A stretch of 56,852 nucleotides of DNA from Azolla caroliniana. Its lineage: Eukaryota; Plantae; Polypodiophyta. A model generated the notes under the pieces. It ran no database searches and was not told the origin of the DNA. It saw nothing but the letters and a program-made list of their open reading frames with translations. The first letter of the stretch is position 1. Every line of letters begins with the position of its first letter. Below are positions 26,901 through 39,197 of the stretch, piece after piece. The stretch spans positions 1-56,852 of the forward strand of contig JBHGNT010000187.1 in NCBI GenBank assembly GCA_043228905.1, in the 5' to 3' direction. The position numbers and the translations under genes are program-made.

Positions 26901-28811
26901 GATATTCCCAACATGATGGATGGGGTGAATTGTGTTGTCCTCAGTTTCAACATAGTCGGGTCGATCGGGTTTTCACAACCCTTGGAACCAATCTTCCTGA
27001 GACGTCATCCAATTGGATGCACCAGAGTCGACAAATCATACATTGTCTGATCTTGAGGTGCTAGTAGGATTCAACGTCGACATTCAGTGTGCTTTATGCC
27101 TCATTACGAACATTCTGCCATGATCGTCATAGTCGGAATTCATAACATAGTTCGCGAGTTGTTAGCATGTCGAAGTGGACTCTCGTTTTTTCTTTCGGCA
27201 CTCCTCTTTGTAGTGGTCGAGTTTTCCACAACACCCACATTTGATCGAGTTGTTTTGGCGGCTTGGTCCGGTAGGATGGCTCCCCCTTCTACCGAACTCC
27301 TTTGGTGTGTTCTTGGCCTCTTGCCAATGGTGGGAGTTGTGTTATCGGGTCGACTGACCATGTCAGCCTCTGTTTCCTCAGTTGAATCCTCTTCCCTTGT
27401 CTGACTGGGAGTAGAGCATCTAACCATCGGGCGCATTGCTCCTTTGTCGAACATGATTTTCTTCGACCAACAATATCGACTGAAGGTCGAAAAAGGAGGG
27501 TGGATTCTCCCTTGCAAGGATGGTTGATCTTATCGTGCCAAATCGTGGTGCTAAGCCGCCTAAGAATATTTGCACCATTTCATCATCATCGATGCTGACG
27601 TTGATGGATCCAAGGGCATCGCACAACTCCTTAATCTTCAGGGTGTCGCTGGTGATCGACATATCCCTTTGTTGAATTGTTCAACTCTTGACGAAGTTGA
27701 AGCTTGCGTGCAGCCGTGTTGGCTGCAATGATCTTCTTTAGGTTGCCCCAGGCTTCTTTCGGTGTTTTTACCTCTCGAATGTAGCCAAGCATGTGATCAT
27801 GAATGCTTGATGCTAGGCCACACACGACTTGCCGCTTGCTCCCAAGCTAGGTAGTCGGCATGTGCCAAGTTGTGTTGATTTTCTTGAGCTCCTTCGACGT
27901 AGCTCCAATAGCCTTGGCCCACAAGGTATTGGTGCATCTTGTATTCCCAATATGCAAAGTTCGATCTGTCATTCATGGTGTCGTTTTCTTCTCTGTTGTT
28001 GAACCGGTTCTGTTTGATCGTTGGTGTGTGACACAACACAGTTGAACGAGTTTTGATCAGACTACCACACACTCTGATACCATGTAAAGAAATGGAGAGT
28101 GTAGGTGATGTTGAACAACAGAAGAAAACCCTTTGTCCGTTTGTATGTGTGTGTTTATGTGCAAGACAACATAGAGAGAGAGAGAGAGAGAAGAACAGAG
28201 AACAAGAAGCTATTTTAGCAAAATATTAAATACCAACCTGTTGAGAGATCAAGCTCAACTTAGTTTAGTTAGTTAGTCAACACATGTAACTTAGTAGTTA
28301 CCTAGATAGAATCTAGTTAGTGTGTTGACCATAAAGCCTTAAATAAGATTTTGTACTTGAGTGGGATACATTGTAGATCCACCACTCCATGCTCATTTAA
28401 TATAGGACTTACACGTTGTACCTATATTCTCCTAGCACATGTACACCCTTGCACATGAAACCTATATATACCTCATTGAAGGTATTTTTGTATTTGATGA
28501 TAGTTGATGATATTTACCTTTTAATATACTTTATCATCCCCCATCTTGTTTTTGTGTTCATAAGTGTACTTCTCTCTCTCTTCCTCTCACGCACACATAC
28601 ACGCACATATCACTTAATCTTCCACTACGTAATCGCTTAACTTAATCACATAATTAGGTAATAATTATTTCTTAATTAATTACCTAATTCTTAACACAAC
28701 TAACTTAGGGCAACTACCCTTTCTACTATTTACAAAACTAGCCTGAACCTAGAGTGTCCATTGCTAGTGTGAAAGCCATTCCATTAGGGAAGTTGGGTTT
28801 GACTCTCAACA
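23906..28811 (-). mobile_element. Two-LTR Ty1/copia element, decayed: 5' LTR 28811-28083 (interrupted), 3' LTR 24192-23906
   Basis: Matching LTRs (tgtaaagaaatggagagtgtagg...gactctcaac), perfect TSD CCCAT (23901-23905 and 28812-28816), PBS tggtatcagag at 28082-28072, PPT-like gaaggggca beside the 3' LTR; gag, VDSGAS protease, integrase and RT (LYGLKQA, YMDDLVI, YFLGIEV); RNase H largely missing. Confidence 0.93.
28239..28696 (+). mobile_element. Solo LTR (458 bp) inserted in the 5' LTR of the minus-strand copia
   Basis: TGTTGAG...TTAACA, TSD CAACC/CAACT; the sister LTR shows the empty site taaataccaactaactt at ~24071-24087. Confidence 0.9.
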
Positions 28812-29340
28812 CCCATAAAGCAAAACTTGTGTTACCATGGCATTAAAAAACATTAGTATTACTTCCGATCCATGAGTATAAATCTAGTTGCATTTATTTT
28901 CCAACATATAATAACATTTTTCCTACTTGCTTGAAGTCTAGACTCAAACCATACGTTCCATTTATTTGTGGTTGGTACATTGATACCAAGATACTTAAAG
29001 CTTTGTACGAATTCTTCATGTTCTCCCTTATATGTAAGCATAGGGTATTGGTGAGGCTGGATGTTTCTCACTAGTATTAATTTTGTTTTATCCACATTTA
29101 CAGTTAGTCCACTACTTTGGAAAAATGCTTCTAATGCTCCAAGTAAACGTTGCATACTATAAAAAATCACAGCATTCGCATATAAAAGCAATAAGATAAC
29201 TTGTTGCATAAGTTTTGGGGCATCTTATCCTTCTTTTCTTGCAACCCTATTCACCACATCTTCCAATTGATCAATGCACAAACCAAAGAGTGTAGAAGAT
29301 AATCGCCATCCTTACTTAACCCCCCATGTTACTTAAGGGA
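28812..29340 (-). mobile_element. RTE-X-like LINE fragment (RT core)
   Basis: GVK*G..LSSTLFGLCID, LLLYANAV (YADD-like), GLTVNVDKTK, FKYLGINV; joins 23905 as LLYG|VEVWG. Confidence 0.8.
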
Positions 29341-31893
29341 GAGTGACACTCTAGAAAAATAAGAAAAAATAGATTTCTTGAGTATAGGTTTTTCTCGACT
29401 CAAGTCTACGCTTTCCTCAAGTAAAGTCTAAGTTTTCCTCGAGTCTAGGATTTCCTTGACTAGAATCAAACCCTCGATCCTGACAACACTAATTCACAAG
29501 AGGGGAAATTACACAAGGAATCCCACTAAAGGGGTTTAAAGGTCTTCTCACACGACATCGCGCCTTCCTGGTTCAAGTCCCTTTCAATCCCATTTGAGTA
29601 GCACATTCTACGAATTTACTTGATAATGTTGTGTTTAAATTGTTTTTGAAAGTATTAGGAAAGGGGAATTCATAATCCCACCTTTCATATGGTACTTTTG
29701 CTCCCCTTGTCGATTTACAAGTACATTTAGGGTTAGGATTAGGTTGGCAAGGTTTAGGGTGTAGATAAAAAAACAAAACAAGCATACACACACAAATTCG
29801 TGCCTCAACAAGTTTAAATACCACATTCATACACACAAAGATCAATCAAACATCCACATCCCAAATTCATGCATCAACAAGAATAATGTCATTCACAAAT
29901 TTGAAGTGAAACTTTGGATCTAGATACTTACAATCTACAACGATAATTTATGTAACTTCATCATCTCTTGTACAATTATTTTAGCAATATGTGCAATAGC
30001 ATAATACTTCACTAGTATTAGATAGAGTTAGCTAGATAGTCAACAATTGTGAGTATGCCATTGAATCCTTGCCTTGACTCCATGCATATTCCCATGACAA
30101 AATCCATTCGAATGCATTCCCACATCCTTTGGAATTCATCAAATGGCCCTAAAGCTCCTCACATTTTGATTCTTTTGAGCTGATTTCATTGGTAGCTTTG
30201 GGAATATCATGTGTTTCCCTTTTTGAGACCTTCATCTCCAATCTTATGCCACAAGTTAACATCTAGATGCAAGGGGTCCATTATTTCCAAGCCTTGATAC
30301 CATCACCAAAAGAGGATGAGTAACAATAACAAGCAATAATGGAGCTAAGTGGGTGTTTTTGAGCTAACATTCTAATTTGTGTGACTCTCTCACATTCTTA
30401 ATAATTAAATGCTTATTACTAGATCTCTTTTAATTAGTCAAGTATTCAATGCTCCACTCTACTTATTAATATTGTGCTTAAATCATTGCTACTTGCTATA
30501 TTGCATAATTTGAGCAAGAGAACCAATGCAATTGATGTAAAGAATTAAGACATAATTGTATTCAAGATCAAGCATAAACACTATGAAGAGAACTAGATTA
30601 TGTGTGTTTTAGAATAGAATAAATTATTTATTGTCAAGAAGGCGATCAGGTTTGACTAATTGGGCCAAACATATATGCCATTTAATATGTGACTCATTTA
30701 TAAGAAGGGATGTTACTATGTAGTAAAAACTCTTTATGTAAAAATAACACCAAGCAAATGTCACATGAATTAGTGTTTCTACCTACTCAAGGAACCACCT
30801 AGGTTAACCATTAAAAAGCTGATTATGACAAACACAATAAACAAGATTGTAGGGACAACCACAACAATAAATAGTATCAATTACATAACAATGGCTTCCA
30901 ATATAAAAATAAAGATTTTCCAACTCTCAGCAAAAAGGTAGGAATTTTTCATGAACCATGGGGAGTTCTCATGGCATCAAAGCAAGTTCTAAAGGAATCA
31001 CAAGGAATTCCATCAAAACTAAGGCAAATTCCAAAAGATCCAAAGATCACTAGTGAAATTTAACGGAATCTAAGAGAAACTCAAAAGATTCGAAACAATC
31101 TCCTAGGCAAGGGCAATAACAATCCTCTCTTAGGGGCCAAGATTAGTGATATGCTACCAACCTACTGAGGAAAAAGCAACCACCTAGTTCAACAACCTAG
31201 AAGCACATTACGATAGACCCAATTACTGGATGATAAAAGGAATGACCACAAACAAAAGATTACTAGCGGGAGAACAATGGTTTCCAACGCAACACATGTT
31301 TTCCTCAAAACTACAACTTCCATCAGAACAACAAGATTTTCCAATGGACTAAAGAAGGTTCCTGTAGAATCTCAAGGAATTCCAAAGCAACTTCTAGAAG
31401 AACCACAAAGAGTACCTATGAAATCCAAGAGATGCGTAACTGCCTTGGGCCGATTTCTTGGACGAAGGCAACAACTAACCAGTTCTTTCGGTCCAAGATC
31501 AGTGATGTGCTACCATTGATAGAAATCACAGCACCCAAGTAACTAATACTCGTATCAACGAGCAAAGAACAAAGGCAAGGAACCTACAAGCAAAACAGAG
31601 ATGCAAGTTTGAGCATGGAATGGAGATTGTTAGATACATTTGCATAAACCATAGTAGTGTTTTGTTTTCAATATATAGGTTAAGACTTTGAAATCTATAT
31701 ATTTATTAGGTTATGCATATATGTAAAAAGAGCCATTTACATATATCCTTACAGATGAAAAAGAAAGTTATTGCCATAAACTTATTTGTAAAAAAAAAAA
31801 CCATTTAACAATGATATGATTTCCATTGTTAAGTAGAATTATTCTGCAAATTTATGCATTTGAGCCTTCTAAATCAGGAATGAGAGAAATTTA

Positions 31894-32089
31894 TTAAATA
31901 ATCCTTCGAAGCTCTGCCGTCAACAATGCAAATTTTCGATGTTGGGATAAGACAGATGCATCAAATATTTCTTTTCTTTGTGAGACAGATATGCTATCTA
32001 GGCTTTTTTCCTTCAACGGTATTGATGGATGAATAATAGTTTGCAGTATTTGCAATGGATCACCATGGCTCACAATCAAAACTGCAGCC
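31894..32089 (-). CDS. Phosphoglycerate mutase family protein, exon 6
   Basis: Acceptor tacag|G is phase-compatible; AAVLIVSHGDPLQILQ...VLSQHRKFALLTAELRRII stop; the six exons sum to 672 nt. Confidence 0.9.
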
Positions 32090-32631
32090 CTGTACAAATA
32101 TCATGAAATTACATTATTAAGTTTTCCAAAGTCTCAACTCCAAAAATCATACAATATAATATAATAACTTATGTTAATGATGATAATGTCAGCAAACATG
32201 ATATGTATCACTCTTACAGAGAATGTAAACAAAGTTCAATGAAGCATTTGTTTATCTCGGGTAGCAGTGTTTCTTTCGGCAGACAGTCTCCGTACTCATC
32301 AAAGGAAAGAGTAGCAGTGACCATGATTAATAAAAAAAGAACACATTTTGTAGCACACTCTATTAAAGTTTGCACATGGATGTTAATTTTTTTCTTTTTA
32401 AATCTATATCAAAATATAATGAGCAACTGGGAATAATAAGGTCTCACTAGAAATCCAAATATCTGGTAATTTTTGTCCAAATATCTGGTATTTTTACCAA
32501 AACCATATCCAAGCCATGAAGTGGAAGAAGAAATATAAAGGAAATGCAGATTCATATTTTAATCAAGTAATGAACATTAATATTTTATGACATGACCTTC
32601 AAAACACATCACTTAACAATAATGTAATTAC

Positions 32632-32756
32632 CCTTGGCATTCCATCTCAATTTGTTGAATAACTCTGTGCAATCGAATGGCAACATCTGCTACACTCTCT
32701 CCACCATCGGGCCCAATGAGAGGGTTTTGCTCATCCAGTGCCCATATCATAGGATA
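32632..32756 (-). CDS. Phosphoglycerate mutase family protein, exon 5
   Basis: AG/GT bounded, 125 nt, YPMIWALDEQNPLIGPDGGESVADVAIRL (GGES motif); ends in phase 2. Confidence 0.9.
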
Positions 32757-33082
32757 CTTAGCACACAAAATTAGAAAGAATGTTTCTGTTTAGAAACAGA
32801 AATTAGTTCTATTATACCAACAAAGTTTACTCACACAAAATTAGCAAGAATGTTTCTGTTTAGAAACAGAAATTAGTTCTATTATACCAACAAAGTTTAC
32901 TCTAATTCCTGTTCTTGTTTTCTTTCTTAACATGATATGTTAGAATATTGCTGGGAAAAACTAGATCTATTATAGTGAGAAAAAAAAAACCTCTAATTTT
33001 TTCTTTTCAAAATGATATACAAAGCATATCCTAGAGCCTCAAAGTAAGAAAGCAAAACAACAATAAGATAATATTTACTTAC

Positions 33083-33145
33083 ATGTTCATGGGATTTGAG
33101 TTCTAAGGTCGGTCCAAAGTATCTTTCTCTCAAATCCTCACAATA
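33083..33145 (-). CDS. Phosphoglycerate mutase family protein, exon 4
   Basis: AG/GT bounded, 63 nt, YCEDLRERYFGPTLELKSHEH (LRExxFG motif). Confidence 0.9.
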
Positions 33146-33569
33146 CTGCCAAAAATATTTGAATTCATAATCATTAAATTAATTTGGCTGGGAGGAGTTT
33201 CATAGGTTATGAAATCTGTAATTTATAGCTTATTTTCTAGTATATATTAATTTAGCTTTTCAAAAAAACCGACGAATCTTTCAAAAGCCTCAATACAAAA
33301 AGATAGCCTGTAACTTCTCAAAAGTTCATGCAAAATACCTATTTGAAGATAATTTTCCATCTTTCCTCTTACTACAGTCTTTTGTCAAAGAATACCTCCA
33401 TATACGGTCTGTTCAATATATATGTATATATGTACTATCGATTCCTTAGCTATTTCAGTTTTAAACTTCTAAAATGATTTTCACAAGTCTTAATTTATTT
33501 ACTTATTTTGTTGTTACTTCATGTACTATATTTTGAATTTTTATATGACTTTCACTACAAAAGACACAC

Positions 33570-33692
33570 CTGAAATTTTGACATATCAAGACCCATCACA
33601 TCAGCTACAGCTTTTGCTGTATCCATGGTTCTACTAAACGGTGAGCAATACACTCGTACATCATCAATGGCAATGTTTTCTTCTCCTATTTC
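33570..33692 (-). CDS. Phosphoglycerate mutase family protein, exon 3
   Basis: AG/GT bounded, 123 nt, VRVYCSPFSRTMDTAKAVA (SPxxR motif). Confidence 0.9.
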
Positions 33693-34420
33693 CTTTACAT
33701 GTACGATAGAAAATAGCATTAGAATACAAGATACAGATACTTCTTATCTATGACCCACAAAAAATACTATCATCGGCAAGCATGAAATACCACATGCATT
33801 AACGATATGTTGTCATCAAACACATGATCATATGTATGTACTCCTCTATCTCATTGGCAAGATATAGAAAATAACATTAGAATGCAAGATATAGATACTT
33901 CTTATCTATGACCAACAAAAACTATTATCATCAGCAAACATGAAATACCATATGCATTAACGATATGTTTTCATCAAACTCATGATCATATGTATTGTAT
34001 TCCTCTATCTCATCCATGGAAAATGCATGACTATACATTCAGAATCACATGACTATACATCGGGGAGCACACAACTGCACATCAGGACACATATGACTGT
34101 AAATCTGACATACCTTCAAAAACCACGCAATTATACGTCTTAGAAGACACACAGCTATACATCTCAATATACATCAGAATAGACATCACAAAACAAGTGA
34201 TTATATATTGGGAAACATAATATTTTCATATCAGGAAATGCATAGCTATACATCACAAAGCACAGAACTATGGAAGGAAAAATAAAAAGGATGCACTGGA
34301 AACTACAAAACTATCCCTCGGAAAATTCCAAGTATGCCATAGAAAACAGACAGCTAGAGATCAGAGATTATAAATTAACAAGCTCATACTGATGATTAGT
34401 AGGATTTAGAAAGAACATAC

Positions 34421-34501
34421 CTTGAGAAAGCTATGCCCTGCTTCTCGAGCTTGCTCTATACCACCAGGTGACAGCCCATGTTCGGCTAGAATACCATTGC
34501 T
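34421..34501 (-). CDS. Phosphoglycerate mutase family protein, exon 2
   Basis: AG/GT bounded, 81 nt, SNGILAEHGLSPGGIEQAREAGHSFLK. Confidence 0.88.
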
Positions 34502-34620
34502 CTATAAGGAAACAGAAACAAAAGAAGACCACAGGAAGAGATATACGAAAATTAATGGCAATCACAGAACAAAAACAAAGAAAAACAGAGCAGAAATCGG
34601 AAGAGCGGAATGTGATTTAC

Positions 34621-34704
34621 CATGTGTGAGACGATGAGGCCCATCTCGTTGGGAAAACTTCGCCCATGTCGAAGAACCCAATATCTGTTCTTCATCAGAT
34701 CCAT
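34621..34704 (-). CDS. Histidine phosphatase / phosphoglycerate mutase family protein, exon 1 of 6 (223 aa total)
   Basis: MDLMKNRYWVLRHGRSFPNEMGLIVSHM with the catalytic RHG motif; GT donor at 34620; resembles the Arabidopsis At4g38370-type protein (from memory). Confidence 0.9.
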
Positions 34705-34814
34705 GATCTCCACAGGCAGAATCCCCTGAATCAGACATTCATGACAAGGTCATTTCATCACAACCTAAAACTGCAAACTGTCATAATCATATTTATAATG
34801 ATAATGATAATATA

Positions 34815-35125
34815 ATCCTAATCATAAACCTAATACATAATCCTAATCCTAATCCTAATCCTAATACATAATCCTAATCCTAATCCTAATACATAATCCT
34901 AATCCTAATCCTAATACATAATCCTAATCCTAATCCTAATCCTAATACATAATCCTAATCCTAATCCTAATCCTAATCCTAATCCTAATACATAATCCTA
35001 ATCCTAATCCTAATCCTAATCCTAATCCTAATACATAATCCTAATCCTAATACATAATACATAATACATCATCCTAATCCTAATCCTAATCCTAATACAT
35101 AATCCTAATCTTAATCCTAATCATA
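34815..35125. repeat. (CCTAAT)n array punctuated by ACATAAT; reads (ATTAGG)n on the minus strand
   Basis: Read directly. Confidence 0.95.
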
Positions 35126-37468
35126 ACCATAATCATGATCACATACTATTAACTTCTTAATCATCAAACATCTTTGCTTGCATCACAATTTCTAACCCCT
35201 CTAATCTAAGGAGCCTTTCTATCATCATAGAGTTTTCCTTTATTTCTCGGAATGCCCTCCACCTCACATTCTCGTGACATAGGCCAGAGCTTCTCTCTCT
35301 TTCTCTTTATCTCCATTCAAATCTTCACCTCTGATGGAATGGGTCTTGGTGGTGGGTTATAAAGATTTATTAAAACAACAATGTCCAATTTGGGTGACTA
35401 ATGATTGTAATAACTCATTCTTTTGGGAATTACTACCAGAATGGATGTCTCAAATTGATAAAGTTTTGGTTGCTCCTCATGCTAATTCGTTGAACAAATG
35501 TAGATTTTGCATGTTATGGGACACGAGTTGTAAACTTTCAGGATGGTTAAGTATAGATACATCTCAATTTGGTCAATTTCGTTTTAAGCTTCAAAGGCAT
35601 ACTTTTGCAAAACATCGTTTTAAATGTGGTCAATTGGGGTATTTTATGGTTGAATGCCAATATCATGGTGAACCATCCATGGAAAATTATGTCAAAGGGA
35701 AAGATAAGAAAGAGGTTGAGATGAATATTGTCATCCCAACAGTTGATATGGTCACACGTGAGGGAACGTCTTATGGTCATGTCAGTCTTCAGAGGTGTTG
35801 AGGAGGATAATGGAGTATGTACTAATGAAGAACTAGATGTTGAAGATGAAGAGTGACATTGTGGCATGAAGTGAAGCATAATATAAAAGGGAAGGAGGGT
35901 GTTGTCATGCAAAGGGACAAAAAAAGTACTAATGCTAAGGCATTACCAAAAGATAATTTGAGAATGAATGAGGGTTTTAAGAAAAATCCTTGGCAAAAAC
36001 AAGTGTGAAATAAAAAATTGTCTAACCAGTTACAATTCAATTCTTCTAGAGGGTGATTCGATCTCAATTTAATCAAGGACTTCCTACTCGTGGAGCTAGA
36101 CAACAAAACTCTATTAGTGGGGGAGGGGATGTAGTACACAAATCCTTATGCAGCTCTCGAACAAGTAGTTAGTACATTTATGAGGACACTTGCAAGTTCT
36201 TACTAAAGGTGTTAAATGGAAGTGGCATCATGGAATGTACGAGGGCCATCTTCTCCTCATAAGAAATATATATTATGGAAAACTTTATTTGATAAAGAAT
36301 GAGGTGTTTTATGTGCAGAACATAAGTGTCATGATTTCGCAAGATCTATGTTACATTTACGTGGATATTCTGCATATTATACAAGTCAATTATCACATCA
36401 TTATTCAGGTATAGTCATGATTATTCATGATTTGTTTTGTCCACATATAGTCTATAATGATCCATATGGACATTTTTTGGTGATGGAAGTCTAAACGTAT
36501 TTTGAGGTTTTGATATGGTTGGTAGGAATTTATGCACCCAACAAGGCTAATCAACGCATTGAGTTGTGGTCTTCTATGTATCCAAGGTTATCAGTGGGTC
36601 GTGCCGGTTTGTTAATGGGTGATTTTAATATGAGTGTTGATGCATCACAATCTACTTCATGATTCTCATTGATGGATTCTCATGAGCAAGCAGTTTGGGA
36701 CAATTTGGCATTAGAGGTTTTGAAGTTGGATGTATGGAAATGGTTGCATCAAGATGAAGTTGGGTTTACATTTCAATCTATGCAATATAAGGAAACATGG
36801 AGTAGGTTGGACAAAATGTGTGTTATGCATGATGAGTCCTTTTTACCAGAGATGCTTAATATGCCAATTATGCAGGAGGTTGTGAGATCGGATCATCTTC
36901 CTATATGTTTTGAGTTTAATAAACATGTGGTAGATATCTACAAAACATTGCTTGACAAAGTTCCTTTGAGGTTTAATTCTTCTTTATTATTTCATTCCTT
37001 ATTTGATGCCTACATGCAACAAATTTTTGACATGTTTTCAAAACAGGTTAATTCAAAAGGATGGCATGAATAGGATGCAACATTACACAACGTTAGTGAT
37101 ATTCACCGTATGTATGGTATGACTAATGCAAAAAGACGTAAGCAATTGATTGATAAATTTTCACAGATTCTTACACAATGCAATGTACTATTGATGAATA
37201 ATCTGCATGATGAAGAGCTTTTCGATCTTCAAGTTCAGGTATTATAACAAGACATTGTGAAGAATTTGTCTTGTCAAAGTTATCAGAAGACAAGACTATG
37301 TCAGTTACTAGAGGGACTTATAGATAATCAATCTCAATCTCATATGTTTTTTCAAGGATTAAGACCATCATATGCTCATTCGAATGTGGTGCAAATTAAG
37401 ATAAGGGTTGACATTGTTTTGACCTAATCAAGGTTATTGAGTTATGTATTTTGTCATAGACATGCCAC

Positions 37469-37545
37469 AAAAGAAAGAAGGTAGGGATTGAACCCAAGAC
37501 CTCATGGTCTCTATTGGGCAACCCTACCACTTGAGCTACATATGC
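37469..37545 (-). other. tRNA-like Pol III cassette (A box + B box) inside the 5' LTR
   Basis: Minus strand TAGCTCAAGTGG (37538-37527) and GGTTCAATCCC (37494-37484) at tRNA-like spacing, AGGTC variable loop, then TTTT; no intact anticodon stem. Confidence 0.7.
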
Positions 37546-38652
37546 ATCCTTATATTTAATTCAACTTCATATAGTCTAGATTGAACATTGGAAGTTCCTA
37601 GCTTGCATGTATTCTCATTTTCTAGCTTGCATGCATCCTCATGCGTACTCTATTGCATGCATCCTCATGCATACTCTATTTCTAGCTGGCTTACATAGCC
37701 CTACCTTCTTGTATAAATACTCATGTGCACCTTGATTCTAATCAAGGTGAACAACACAAGTTACGGGTTCTATAAGTTGAGTTCTTGTTCTTTTACTCTC
37801 TCTTATTCTCTAGTTTTATCTTTGTTCTACTCTATTATACTTGTCCATGACAGTTTGTTCACCCTTTTCTTGCTACCATGTCCAACTCCATCAACAACCT
37901 AAACCAAATCATGGCAGCCTTGCAACAACTTTGGCTAGAGAATGAAATCCTTCGAGAATCATTACGAGAGTTGCAATCCAGCACTTCAAGAAATTCACTA
38001 GTCGCCGAGTCACAACCACCGTCGACGCCTAGCCTGACCACGTCCTCTTCTCATCCATATGTCCTCGAACCAACCATCAGCCTACCCGACAAATTCAATG
38101 GCACGAGGGCATATCTTTGCGGCTTCATCAACCAAATTCGGCTTATCATCCGATTATAGCCCCAACGGTATGCTAGCGACTTTTCTCGGGTTGGGCTTGT
38201 TAGCATGCTTCTCTCTGGGCCGGCGCAAGCGTGGTTTGCACCCTTGATCGAGACCTCATCCCCTCTCTTGGAGAACTTCACCGCTTTCATTGAGGAGCTC
38301 GAAGCGACATTTGGCGAGACAGATCGGCGACGAACGGCACTCGCAAAGCTTTATTCTGTCCAACAAGGCTCACGTCCTGGCTTGGTCTACGCCTCAAAGT
38401 TCCGCCAGATTGCCTGCGATGTTAGTTGGGATGACCAAGCCCTATGCGACCATTTCCGTCGCGGTCTCTGAAATGATGTCAAGACTCTTCTCTTAAACTT
38501 CCCAGAGCCCACATCATTGTCTCAAGTAATCTCCCAAGTTGTCCAGTGTGACAATCGTCTTTTTGAACTTCGTCAAGAAGAACGGGGGACTCTCGGATCT
38601 CAAGCTTCTTCTCGGAACGCAGCAATCGCCACCCCCTACTTGTCACCCACGC

Positions 38653-39197
38653 CAACCTTACCATCAATTAGTGAAACCCATACCACAATGGAGGTCGATT
38701 CCCATACCCTGATGGAGATCGACCATGCTCGGTTCCAACCACTAACTGAAGCCCAACGCCAACATCGTTGGGACAATGGACTTTGTCTCTATTGTGGCAA
38801 CCCCGGCCATGTCATCCGCCACTGTCCTGTGCGACAACCTTACCATCAGTTAGTGAAACCCATACCACAATGGAGGTTGATTCACATACCCTGATGGAGA
38901 TCGACCATGCTCGGTTCCAACCACTAACTGAAGCCCAACGCCAACATCGTTGGGACAATGGACTTTGTCTCTATTGTGGCAACCCCGGCCATGTCATCCG
39001 CCACTGTCCTGTGCGACAACCTTACCATCAGTTAGTGAAACCCATACCACAATGGAGGTTGATTCACATACCCTGATGGAGATCGACCATGCTCGGTTCC
39101 AACCACTAACTGAAGCCCAACGCCAACATCGTTGGGACAATGGACTTTGTCTCTATTGTGGCAACCCCGGCCATGTCATCCGCCACTGTCCTATGCG
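38653..39197 (+). repeat. 182-bp tandem triplication covering the gag zinc knuckle
   Basis: Units start at 38653, 38835 and 39017; near-identical. Confidence 0.95.

Noticed and set aside
29350-29491. Short ttcctcgag-like subrepeats ending in tgacaacacta, resembling a DNA-transposon terminus
   Set aside because: No partner inverted end, TSD or transposase seen.
37469-37545. A functional tRNA gene
   Set aside because: The anticodon and acceptor stems do not pair properly and it is part of an LTR; kept only as a tRNA-like cassette.
38653-39197. CRISPR-like array
   Set aside because: Contiguous 182-bp repeats with no unique spacers, inside retrotransposon gag.
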